From: Verrucomicrobiales bacterium
GTDB lineage: Bacteria > Verrucomicrobiota > Verrucomicrobiia > Verrucomicrobiales > V1-33
Length of the DNA: 64,000 nt
Assembly: GCA_031411295.1 (NCBI GenBank)
Contig: JANOAV010000123.1
Span: forward strand, 1-64,000
Direction: 5' to 3'
The notes beneath the pieces were generated by a model. It was not told where the DNA came from, searched no databases, and worked only from the letters and a program-made list of their open reading frames with translations. Of this stretch, positions 39,628-48,214 are shown piece after piece. How positions within the stretch are numbered: the first letter of the stretch is position 1; each line of letters opens with the position of its first letter. The translations under genes and the position numbers were made by a program.

Positions 39628-40782
39628 ATGTCCTATAATCATCCGAATCAACTTACCAAACCCAAAGGGAAAAATTTCGCGCTGCGTCGGGTTACCAATT
39701 TCTGGCCTCTCCTCGTCTGGATCGGTGCCATCTGCGTGGCTGTCTGGACCTATAATCAAGGCGTGGTCTTCCGCCGACTGAACGGAGCGGTGGACGTCTA
39801 TCAAGAAAACGTTTCTCCCAAGGAGGACGGAAATTTTGACCGTCTGGCAGAAAAGATCTACCGCGGGGCGCATGTCGCGCAGGACCAGATCGTGGCCTAC
39901 ATGCGGCATGATGAACTGGATGAAAAGATCAACATCCTAAAGCACGAAATCGACACCCGTCGCACCGAGCGGCTCCGTCATTACGACGAAGACCTTTTAA
40001 AAATTGACTCCGATCTCCGTGAAATCGATGGGGATCTGGTGACTTCTCAGGCAGAACAAGAGGCCTGTAAATTTGAAATCGACACGATCACCAAGCGGGT
40101 GAACACCTTTGCGCCCAATGCGGCCATGGGCGACAAGGAGGCCATGATCAGTCAGTTTGCCGCAGAATTCCGCATCAAACTTGCCAAATCCAAAGCCCTG
40201 GCCGAGGTGCGCAAGATTGATAAGGATAAAGTGCAGAACGAGCGCGATCGCATGAAGCAAGAGCGGGATGCACTGGCTGCGGAAACGGATGTTAGGAATT
40301 ATGCCGAACGCAATCAAGCGGCCCAGTTGGCGCAATTGGAGTTGCGCACGCAGCGCCTCACCATTCGGGCCGCCCGTGGTGGTATTGTCGATTTGATCCT
40401 CAAGGAACCAGGCGAATACGTGAAGCAAGGGGAGGGAATTCTGAAAATTGTGGGTGCCCCGACTCAGATCGTGGGCTTTCTGGCGCAGGATCAGTTGAAG
40501 AATATCACTGAGGGGAGGAAAGTCTATATCACGTCCACCAAGGATCGGAATCTGGTTTACGAAAGCAAAGTCAACTTCCTGGCTCCCCGCATGAACAGTG
40601 TGCGGGACGTTTCTGCCGGAGCGGCTGCAAGCCGACTCTTTGGTCGGGACGTCATTTGCGAGTATCCCGCTGGCAGTAATTTGCTCCCCGGTCAGACCGT
40701 TATCATTTGGCTGGATCATCCCGGAGACGTCCCCTGGCTCAACAAATTATTGAGCAATGAAGACGCCGGGAGTGGCAAATGA
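39628..40782 (+). CDS. HlyD-like membrane fusion/periplasmic adaptor protein
   Basis: Single N-terminal TM, long coiled coil, lipoyl half-motif 'TIRAARGGIV..ILKEPGEYV..GEGIL', 'LLPGQTV'. Confidence 0.75.
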   Translation: MSYNHPNQLTKPKGKNFALRRVTNFWPLLVWIGAICVAVWTYNQGVVFRRLNGAVDVYQENVSPKEDGNFDRLAEKIYRGAHVAQDQIVAYMRHDELDEKINILKHEIDTRRTERLRHYDEDLLKIDSDLREIDGDLVTSQAEQEACKFEIDTITKRVNTFAPNAAMGDKEAMISQFAAEFRIKLAKSKALAEVRKIDKDKVQNERDRMKQERDALAAETDVRNYAERNQAAQLAQLELRTQRLTIRAARGGIVDLILKEPGEYVKQGEGILKIVGAPTQIVGFLAQDQLKNITEGRKVYITSTKDRNLVYESKVNFLAPRMNSVRDVSAGAAASRLFGRDVICEYPAGSNLLPGQTVIIWLDHPGDVPWLNKLLSNEDAGSGK

Positions 40783-40827
40783 GCATGGTTTGTTTAATCA
40801 TGCTTAATAAAGTCACTGGTTTCTCTG

Positions 40828-40855
40828 TTGACACTGGAAATTGGCCTAGTAGATT
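40828..40855 (+). promoter_or_regulatory. Putative sigma-70 promoter of the rpmH operon
   Basis: TTGACA (40828), 16 nt, TAGATT (40850). Confidence 0.5.
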
Positions 40856-40972
40856 CCGCCTCCTTTTCTGGCCCAGCAGGCACAGTTTTGCCATTCCGTG
40901 GCCATCGCGTCGTGCACGGCAACGCTCTGCGCATTCTGTCCCTCTAACTCCTACCCTTCCCAACGTAATTTT

Positions 40973-41149
40973 ATGTCGAAACGCACCTACCAACCCTCCA
41001 AGCGGACCCGCAAACAACAGTTCGGCTTCCGTAAACGCATGTCCACCAAGAATGGGCGTGATATTCTCCGCCGCCGTCGTGCCAAAGGCCGTCTGCGCTT
41101 GATGCCGAAGGGCGTCGAAGTGCATTTTGCCCGTCACACTCAGGCCTAA
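40973..41149 (+). CDS. rpmH: 50S ribosomal protein L34
   Basis: [40 protein letters not shown], plus a short C-terminal extension. Confidence 0.97.
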   Translation: MSKRTYQPSKRTRKQQFGFRKRMSTKNGRDILRRRRAKGRLRLMPKGVEVHFARHTQA

Positions 41150-41226
41150 TTTCCACTTTCTGGCATGGCGGAGTCGGTGCGTTCCAATCGCTGACTCCGC
41201 CATGTTCATTTGCTCCGTTTCATGTC

Positions 41227-41661
41227 ATGGGATTGCCGAGTGTTCGTCGCATGACCAAGCCGGGAGAGTTCGCCACAGTGCGAACCAAGGGGCGCGCTCG
41301 CTCCGGGCGGTTGATGACGCTGGCATTGTGGTCGGGTGATCCGAGTGCGGATGAAATTAGTCCACCGCCAGAACCAAAGGTTTCTGAGAAGCTGCGGTTT
41401 GGTTTCACGCTCACGAAACGCTTGGGAAACGCCGTGAAACGGAATTTGCTCCGCCGTCGCCTCCGCGAAATTGCCCGCACGGCCAGTCCTGTCATCCCAG
41501 GAAAAGGAATGCTCGTGACGATCCCCCGGCCCATTGCGGTGCAAGCGTCGTTTCAGGAATTAGCCGCTGAGTGGCATTATTTGGCGGGGAAACTGGAGTT
41601 GATTCCCCGGGGTGTCCGTCCCGCCGTCCCGTCAGTGCTGCCGCCCGTGCCGATGCCATGA
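41227..41661 (+). CDS. rnpA: Ribonuclease P protein component
   Basis: '[25 protein letters not shown]' RNR-like motif; canonical position after rpmH. Confidence 0.93.
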   Translation: MGLPSVRRMTKPGEFATVRTKGRARSGRLMTLALWSGDPSADEISPPPEPKVSEKLRFGFTLTKRLGNAVKRNLLRRRLREIARTASPVIPGKGMLVTIPRPIAVQASFQELAAEWHYLAGKLELIPRGVRPAVPSVLPPVPMP

Positions 41662-41939
41662 AATGGTTGCTCATCAAATGTGTGCGGTTTTATCAGATTG
41701 CCGTCTCGCCCATCCTGCATCGGCTGGGTGGACCCACGGCAGGCTGTCGGTTTATTCCCACTTGTTCTCAATATTTCATTGAGGCGGTGCAGGCGCATGG
41801 TGCTTGCAAAGGCAGTTGGTTGGGGCTCAAACGCATCCTGCGCTGCAACCCCTGGGGCGGATTCGGTGAGGATCCCGTTCCGCCAATTACTAAATCCTCC
41901 GGCAAATGCACTTGCCATCCCCCGCAATCTGAAGTCTAG
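41658..41939 (+). CDS. yidD: Membrane protein insertion efficiency factor
   Basis: '[12 protein letters not shown]...HG..KG.WL...[13 protein letters not shown]'. Confidence 0.95.
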   Translation: MKWLLIKCVRFYQIAVSPILHRLGGPTAGCRFIPTCSQYFIEAVQAHGACKGSWLGLKRILRCNPWGGFGEDPVPPITKSSGKCTCHPPQSEV

Positions 41940-42007
41940 CCTCACTCTCCCCCTCCTTTCTTCCCACCCCCGTCATTCGTCTTTAGACCACGTCATTCCC
42001 TTTCTGC

Positions 42008-43864
42008 ATGAAAAAACTCGATAAAATGGACATCATCGTCATTCTCCTAACGGGATTGGCGCTGTATTATTTCATGTTTGTGCTCAAGCCTGCGCCCAAG
42101 CCGGTTCCACAGGTGGACGCCACTTCGGAAAAGGCCAAAGCCGCCGACGGCACTCCCAAAGTTGAAGGCCCGACCACCACCACCCCGGAAGCACCAGCGG
42201 TTCCGCCAGCAGCCAAAGAGCAACTGGTGGAGTTCGACACCAAGGCGGCCAAATACATCTTCACCACGGCCGGCGGAGGCATCAAATCTTTGTCCACCGC
42301 CGAAGCTCCCTTTGCTGGTAAAACGATCCAAGAATTGAACCTAAAAGGCGAAGGAGCCATCGGCAGTATTTCCAGGATCGAAGGGGAAGTGGATACCAAG
42401 CCATGGGCTATCAAGGCCCAGACTGACAAATCGATTACTTTTGAAACCACCACCAAGGACGGCATCGTCATCACGAAGCATTGGAGTCAGGTGGCAGGGG
42501 AGGATCCGCTCCAGGGCCCGGGGTATTTGTGGGATTTGCAAATTTCCTTCCAGAATAACAGCGAGGAAACCTTCACTCCAGACTCGTATTCGATCTATGT
42601 TGGTGCGGATACTCAAGTCCATTCAGTGGACCCTTATGTTCTGGTGGGACTATTCGCGGGTGGGAAAGGACAGGAAGTGCATGTGGGTGATTTCGATGAA
42701 AGCAAGGCGTTGGGCTTCCTTTGGGTGCGACGTGCAGCCCGATCCACGATCAGTGAGACCTTGGGGCAGGCCGCTTGGGTTAGCGTCAACAGCCGATATT
42801 ATTCCACCATCGTGACCTCCATGGCGCAGGAAAAGTCGGATGCCAAAATGTGGGCTCGTCGCTTTGAGGACAAGGTTAAAGAAGGCGAGACGGTGGCGAA
42901 CGTTAAAGGGATTCACGCCGGGTTTGGCCTGCCCACTGCTAAAATTGAGAAGGGCAAGGCGCAGAGCTTCAATTATCAAGTCTATGCCGGCCCCCGCTCC
43001 GGAACCCTGCTGGGTAAAATTGAGCAGGATCGCGTCGAAACCATGTTCTATGGCATGACCGGTGGCCTCAGTAAATTGTTCCTGTGGGCGCTGAATTTTT
43101 TCCATGGACTCACGAGCAGCTTTGGTCTGGCGGTCGTGTTTCTCACCCTGTGCGTGCGGATCGTCATCTGGCCGTTGCACATTAAGGCTACTCGCAGCAT
43201 GAAGCGCATGGGGTTGCTGGCTCCCATGATGACGGAGATTAAGGAGCGCTACAAAGCGAAGCCCCCTTCCCCGGATACCCAACGGGCCCAGCAGATGGAG
43301 ATGATGGGGCTGTATCGTGAGTATGGCATCAATCCACTCGGTGGATGTCTGCCCCTGCTGCTGCAAATGCCCATCTTCTTCGGCTACTTCGGGATGCTGA
43401 ACCATGCCGTGGAAATGCGCGGGCATTCGTTCCTATGGGCGCACGATCTGACCCTGCCGGACACCGTTTTGCATCTCTTTGGGTTCCCCATCAATCCGCT
43501 GCCACTCCTAATGACCATCACCATGTTCATCCAAATGAAGCTGCAGCCCACTCCGCCGAGCACGGATGAGAATCAGAAGCTGCAAATGAAGATCATGAAG
43601 TTCATGCCGCTGATGTTCCTCGTCTTCTGTTATTCCTATGCCAGCGCCCTGGCCCTTTACTGGACCGTGCAAAACATCGTTTCCATCTTCCAGACCCAAT
43701 TGGTGAAACGGATGCCGGAACCGCAGTTGACCAAGCGCGATCCCCGCAAGCCACCAACCGCCGGTTCAGGCCGCTTCGGTGGCGGTGGTGCTCAGCCAGA
43801 AAAGCCCAAGGGCCCCAGCCAACCCCGCATCGGCGGTGGCGGCAAGAGCGCCTTCAAAGGCTAA
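42008..43864 (+). CDS. yidC: Membrane protein insertase
   Basis: N-terminal TM, large periplasmic domain, 'YAGP', 'NPLGGCLPLLLQMPIF', 'LYWTVQN'. Confidence 0.96.
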   Translation: MKKLDKMDIIVILLTGLALYYFMFVLKPAPKPVPQVDATSEKAKAADGTPKVEGPTTTTPEAPAVPPAAKEQLVEFDTKAAKYIFTTAGGGIKSLSTAEAPFAGKTIQELNLKGEGAIGSISRIEGEVDTKPWAIKAQTDKSITFETTTKDGIVITKHWSQVAGEDPLQGPGYLWDLQISFQNNSEETFTPDSYSIYVGADTQVHSVDPYVLVGLFAGGKGQEVHVGDFDESKALGFLWVRRAARSTISETLGQAAWVSVNSRYYSTIVTSMAQEKSDAKMWARRFEDKVKEGETVANVKGIHAGFGLPTAKIEKGKAQSFNYQVYAGPRSGTLLGKIEQDRVETMFYGMTGGLSKLFLWALNFFHGLTSSFGLAVVFLTLCVRIVIWPLHIKATRSMKRMGLLAPMMTEIKERYKAKPPSPDTQRAQQMEMMGLYREYGINPLGGCLPLLLQMPIFFGYFGMLNHAVEMRGHSFLWAHDLTLPDTVLHLFGFPINPLPLLMTITMFIQMKLQPTPPSTDENQKLQMKIMKFMPLMFLVFCYSYASALALYWTVQNIVSIFQTQLVKRMPEPQLTKRDPRKPPTAGSGRFGGGGAQPEKPKGPSQPRIGGGGKSAFKG

Positions 43865-43998
43865 GGCTGCCGCTCCCAAATCAGACATTCAACCCCAACA
43901 ACCACTCCTCCTAACAACCAACAAATCCACTGAGAATTCCAGTGAGCGAAACTTTTCACTTGCGCCCCCTGACTTCTTAGCTAAATACAGCGACTCTT

Positions 43999-44268
43999 AT
44001 GGCAAAATCTTCTTGGCTCGAACGCGACAAACGCAAACGCAAAACTGTTGAAAAATACGCTGACCTCCGCAAGGAACTCAAAGCGAAAGGTGACTACGTG
44101 GGACTTTCCATGCTCCCCCGGGACGCTAGCCCGACTCGTCTCATCAACCGTTGTGCCGTCTCTGGACGTCGTCGCGCATTCATGCGCCGCTTCCACCTCA
44201 GCCGTATTTCCTTCCGTGAATTGGCCAATGCAGGGATGATTCCCGGCGTGACCAAATCCAGTTGGTAA
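43999..44268 (+). CDS. rpsN: 30S ribosomal protein S14 (zinc-free 89-aa type)
   Basis: 'LPRDASPTRL.NRC..SGR.RA', 'LSRISFRE.A..G.IPGV.KSSW'. Confidence 0.97.
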   Translation: MAKSSWLERDKRKRKTVEKYADLRKELKAKGDYVGLSMLPRDASPTRLINRCAVSGRRRAFMRRFHLSRISFRELANAGMIPGVTKSSW

Positions 44269-44299
44269 GTCTTCATTACCAGCAGTTCCATTTCCAACC

Positions 44300-44330
44300 A
44301 GCGGATGCCTCCCAAGGGCATCCGCTTTTT
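44300..44330 (+). terminator. Intrinsic terminator after rpsN
   Basis: AGCGGATGCC-TCCCAAG-GGCATCCGCT followed by TTTT. Confidence 0.85.
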
Positions 44331-44354
44331 CCTGCCTTCATCGCATGAGCGGGG

Positions 44355-44377
44355 GTGGTAGCAGTCCGCCGGACGGC
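44355..44377 (+). repeat. REP-like GTGG-hairpin element, copy 2
   Basis: GTGGTAGCAGTCCGCCGGACGGC, 21/23 identical to the reverse complement of 48184-48206. Confidence 0.6.
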
Positions 44378-44470
44378 GGTAAATCCAATGATCCGCGCCC
44401 TGGCCTGTGGTGGGTTGGTCCGTGGGTGGGTCCGCCTCAAGGCGGGACTCCAACTGATGTGGGGGGCGGG

Positions 44471-44700
44471 ATACGGCGTAGGCGCGTCAGGGAGGGGGCG
44501 TAGGGGCAACTAGCATACGGCGTAGGCGTGTTGGGGAGGGGGCGTAGGGGTGACTCGCATACGGCGTAAGCGTGTTGGGGAGGGGGCGTATGCGGGTCGC
44601 AATGGGGGCGTATGGGCGTGGCGTATACGGGGGGGGCGGCGCTGGTATACGGGGGGTGCCGGTCGCGCACCCGCCGTATGCGGCACCGGCATACGGGGGG
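44471..44700. repeat. G-rich tandem repeat, 44-bp unit with 22-bp sub-periodicity
   Basis: Units ATACGGCGTA(G/A)GCG...GGGAGGGGGCGTA start at 44471, 44515 and 44559. CGTA recurs every 22 nt from 44477 to 44609. ATACGGGGGG occurs at 44625, 44647 and 44691. Confidence 0.9.
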
Positions 44701-44707
44701 TGCGGGA

Positions 44708-44950
44708 CTAGGTGGTGATGAGGTTGGCGTAGGTGTAGCTGTGGATGCTGCCGTTGCTGAGGGCGGTTACACGCGCGGTCGGCGGTCCACTGAAGCCGGC
44801 GGGGACGAGGACGCGGAGGCGGCCGGGGTCCATGGTTCCGTAAATGGTGGCGCGGACTTCCGCACACGACAGGAGCGTGGCGAGGAAGCTCTGGATGACG
44901 GCCTCCACCTGCGGGCCAGCGACACCTGTGGCGGCGGTGATGGCGGTCGC
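44708..44950 (-). pseudogene. Probable remnant of an HU-like/DUF4469-like gene, in frame immediately after the nagA stop
   Basis: 80 open codons without an upstream ATG: ATAITAATGVAGPQVEAVIQSFLATLLSCA (HU-like helices) joined to EVRATIYG...LVPAGFSGP.TARV...NGSIHSYTY (beta-rich). Family assignment from recall. Confidence 0.5.
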
Positions 44951-46093
44951 TCAGCCTTCGGTGGGGCGCCCGCCGATCAGCGTCTGCCACACGGTGAAAT
45001 CGTCCTCCAGCACGGCCAGATCCGCTTGGTAACCGGGCTCGATTCTCCCTAAATGCGGCCATCCGAGCGATTGGGCTTGGTTCCAACTGGTGGTGGCCAC
45101 GAGGTCTTTCAGGGGCAGGCCGGTCAGCTCTGCGACATTTCTTAGGCCGTGATTGAGCAGGAGGGTGCTCCCCGCTAAGGCACCATTTTTCAAGCGGGCT
45201 GCGCCATCGTGCACGGAAACGCTGAGGCCGCCGACGATGAAGTCCCCATCGGGGAGGTGGGAGGCCGCAATGCTGTCGGTGATGATCATGAGCTGGCGCA
45301 GGGGCTTCAATCGGAAGACGAGCTGGAGCATATCGGCCGAGAGATGCAGACGATCACAGATCAACTCGATGAGGATGTCTGGATCTTGTAATCCTGCTCC
45401 CACAATCCCAATTTCCCGATGGTGCAGGGGCGTCATCTGGTTGCAGAAGTGCGTTAGGTGGGTCAGCCCGGCTGCTTTAGCTTCGACGAACTGGGCGTAG
45501 GTGGCGGCGGTGTGGGCCAGGCTGGTGATGAAGCCACGTTGCTTGGCTCCGCGGATGAACTCCATGCCGCCGGGCATTTCCGCGGCCAGGGAAATGATGG
45601 CGATGGGGGCGATCTGATGCATCCGATCCATCTCCGCGAGGTCCGGCGGTCTGACGAAGGCTGGGTTCTGGGCTCCCAGACAATTTGGATTCAAAAATGG
45701 TCCCTCGATATGCACCGCCGGAGCCTGGGCGAACGCTGGATCGCGCTGGTAAGCGGCCACGGTTTGCAGGCACTGCGTTAATTCCTCCGGGGAACTGGTC
45801 AGCGTGGTCGGAAGAAATGTAGTGACGCCCTCTTTAAGTTTGGCGGCCGCCATGGTGCGCAGGCTGGCCAACTCACCCACGCAGGCATCTCCGCCGCCAG
45901 CCCCATGGGTGTGAAGGTCGATAAAACCCGGCAGCACGCGCCGACCAGCGACGTCGATGATACGGTCCGCCCTTGGCAATGGATGACCAGCCGGGTGGAT
46001 GGCGTGAATTGTAGCATCACGGACTTCGATCCCTACGTTAGGTAAATCCAGACCGGGGGAAATGAGGTGGCAGTTTTTGAGCAGGAGCGACAT
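44951..46093 (-). CDS. nagA: N-acetylglucosamine-6-phosphate deacetylase
   Basis: 'PGFIDLHTHG', 'HIEGPFL', 'HTAAT', 'THFCNQM', 'ITDS', 'LAGS'. Confidence 0.95.
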   Translation of the reverse strand: MSLLLKNCHLISPGLDLPNVGIEVRDATIHAIHPAGHPLPRADRIIDVAGRRVLPGFIDLHTHGAGGGDACVGELASLRTMAAAKLKEGVTTFLPTTLTSSPEELTQCLQTVAAYQRDPAFAQAPAVHIEGPFLNPNCLGAQNPAFVRPPDLAEMDRMHQIAPIAIISLAAEMPGGMEFIRGAKQRGFITSLAHTAATYAQFVEAKAAGLTHLTHFCNQMTPLHHREIGIVGAGLQDPDILIELICDRLHLSADMLQLVFRLKPLRQLMIITDSIAASHLPDGDFIVGGLSVSVHDGAARLKNGALAGSTLLLNHGLRNVAELTGLPLKDLVATTSWNQAQSLGWPHLGRIEPGYQADLAVLEDDFTVWQTLIGGRPTEG

Positions 46094-46207
46094 GAGAATG
46101 GTTTAGCAGTAAGCGAAGGATCCCAGTGGAACAAGTGCCGCTACGAATTAGAATGTGAGCTGCACGGGCATGGTTGCACTTTGCTGGATTCCATGGATGG
46201 TGCTCGC

Positions 46208-47737
46208 ATGGACTTTACTGTTGATGAATTTCTTAAAGTGGCTGGTCAATTCCAACTCGGGGGATTGGATACGGAGGCGCAACACCCGCTGACGTTGGAC
46301 CTGAGTCGTCAGGCGCAGCAGGATTTGCCGGCAGGCATTGCGGCGTTAAAGGCCGTGGATCTGCTCGCGCTGGAAATCATGGAGCAGAAGGCGTCGGGGC
46401 TGCCAGCGCTGGCCGCCTCCATTGGGCAAACGTTGCAGGCGGGGCATCGGATCTACCTGTGTGGTTGCGGAGCTACAGGGCGGCTGTCGCTTAGTTTGGA
46501 GTTGTTCTGTCGCCAGGGGTTGTTGCCACCGGGCTATGAATCACGGGTGATTGCGTTTATGGCTGGTGGGGACTTGGCGTTGATTAAGGCGATTGAGAAA
46601 TTCGAGGACCATCCGGAATATGGCGCCCGGCAACTGGACGAGTTGGGGTTTGCCGAAGGTGATCTGTTGATTGCGAGCACGGAAGGTGGGGAGACGCCTT
46701 GGGTCATTGGGGCCACGGAGCGCGCGGCGGAATGCTCCAGTAATCGCCCGTGGTTCCTCTATTGCAATCCTGATGAGGAACTCATCGCAGTGGCGGAGCG
46801 CTCGCGTCGGGTGATCGAGAATCAGCACATTCGGAAACTAAATTTGGCCGTAGGCCCGATGGCGCTGGCTGGCAGCACGCGGATGCAATCCAGCACCGTG
46901 CTCATGGCCGCGATTGGCTTTGCGATCCAGCATCGGGATGATCCGGCGGGTGCGGCGGCTGAGGTGGGGGTGTTTAAACGCTTGTTGGAAAAAACCGATT
47001 TCTCAACCCTGGCACCGTTCACGGCGGCAGAAGCGAGGGTATATGCTCAGGGCGGTCGCGTGCTGTATGAGCCGGGGGCCTATGGCATGACGGTCATAAC
47101 CGACACCACCGAGCGTGCTCCGACGTTCACGCTGCGGTCGTTTGAAAATCAATTGAAGCCGGAGGAACCAGCCAGTTGGTGTCATCTGCATTTATGCGGG
47201 GTCCCCAATGGCCATGCCGCGTGGGAGGCGCTGCTACAGCGTGCGCCCCGGCCCTTGGAGTGGGAAGGCGTGCGGTCCCTGGCGGGAGCGGAGGTGTTGG
47301 CGGGTTATGATTTCTCCGATGCCCTCATCGCCAAGCGCGCGGTGCGGACTAACGGTCAGCATCACGAGCATTTCGTCATCACGGATACTCCCAATGGATT
47401 CCGCTGGGAGTTCATGGGCTTGCGGCAGGAGTTCGACTTTGGGACGGTCTCGTTCTTTATGAAGAATCTCCTGCTGAAGTTGCTGCTCAATACCCACAGC
47501 ACGCTGATCATGGGGCGCTTGGGTCGCTATGAGGACAATCTCATGACGTTTGTGAAGCCCAGTAACCTGAAGCTGATCGACCGTGCCATCCGCTATGTGC
47601 GCCTGCTGTTGAAACGTCGCACGGGCAATGATCTAACTTACGAGCAGGTCGCGCGTCAGTTGTTTATTGAAGTGGAGGGACTGGGGGCAGAGGAGGCCAT
47701 TGTGCTGCGGACGTTCCATGCGTTGCTGGAGCAGTAG
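46208..47737 (+). CDS. Long SIS-domain protein, MurQ/glucokinase-regulatory-protein-like
   Basis: 'GCGATGRL', 'MAGGD.ALIKAIEKFED', 'EGGETPWV', 'GPMALAGSTRMQ', 'KLLLNTHST..MGRLG....NLM..V...N.KL.DRA'; divergent from nagA. Confidence 0.8.
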   Translation: MDFTVDEFLKVAGQFQLGGLDTEAQHPLTLDLSRQAQQDLPAGIAALKAVDLLALEIMEQKASGLPALAASIGQTLQAGHRIYLCGCGATGRLSLSLELFCRQGLLPPGYESRVIAFMAGGDLALIKAIEKFEDHPEYGARQLDELGFAEGDLLIASTEGGETPWVIGATERAAECSSNRPWFLYCNPDEELIAVAERSRRVIENQHIRKLNLAVGPMALAGSTRMQSSTVLMAAIGFAIQHRDDPAGAAAEVGVFKRLLEKTDFSTLAPFTAAEARVYAQGGRVLYEPGAYGMTVITDTTERAPTFTLRSFENQLKPEEPASWCHLHLCGVPNGHAAWEALLQRAPRPLEWEGVRSLAGAEVLAGYDFSDALIAKRAVRTNGQHHEHFVITDTPNGFRWEFMGLRQEFDFGTVSFFMKNLLLKLLLNTHSTLIMGRLGRYEDNLMTFVKPSNLKLIDRAIRYVRLLLKRRTGNDLTYEQVARQLFIEVEGLGAEEAIVLRTFHALLEQ

Positions 47738-48206
47738 TTCAGGGCTTCAGCCCGTCAAACCCTCCCCGTGAATCAGACGTCTGAACTCACCCGGGACAGG
47801 CCTGCGCGCTAAAGCCTAATGGCGCTTACTTAGGGCCCAAAACCTTGTGGTATCAGCTTTGCCGAGGTTTGGCTAGCAGCACAACCGACTTGGCCCCGCC
47901 CCAAAGCTGCTCGCAAAGTAGCCGTCATCGCTCCGCGTGACGGCAGGCGTTGGCGTGCGCATTCGAGTTCGGAGCCAGTCTGCCTAGCGCAGGACGGCGT
48001 TGGCATCACCGGCGCATGGCAGGGCCGCTGGCGTATGGTGATTCGTAGCGGTGGCGGGACAGGGAAATCGCGCTGGTCATCACGCGGAGCGATGATGACT
48101 ACTTTAAGGGACCGTAGTCCTGGGCTTCAGCCCGTTGCACCCTCCCCGTGAATCAGACGTCTGAACTCACCCGGGACATGCCTGCAGTCCGGCGGACTGC
48201 TCCCAC
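47734..48206. repeat. Compound REP-like array: 72-bp direct repeats around a 26-bp inverted pair, plus a GTGG-hairpin copy
   Basis: Direct repeats 47734-47805 and 48114-48185 (GTAGT.C.GGGCTTCAGCCCG...CCCTCCCCGTGAATCAGACGTCTGAACTCACCCGGGACA.GCCTGC). Inverted pair 47915-47940 and 48080-48105 (24/26). Hairpin element 48184-48206 on the - strand. Confidence 0.85.
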
Positions 48207-48214
48207 ACTCGATG

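Noticed and set aside
40783..40972. oriC upstream of rpmH
   Set aside because: No dnaA and no cluster of TTATCCACA-like boxes seen.
44437..44700. CRISPR array, or Pro/Tyr-rich peptides from the repeat
   Set aside because: Units are contiguous without unique spacers and no cas genes are present; the ORFs are translations of the repeat.
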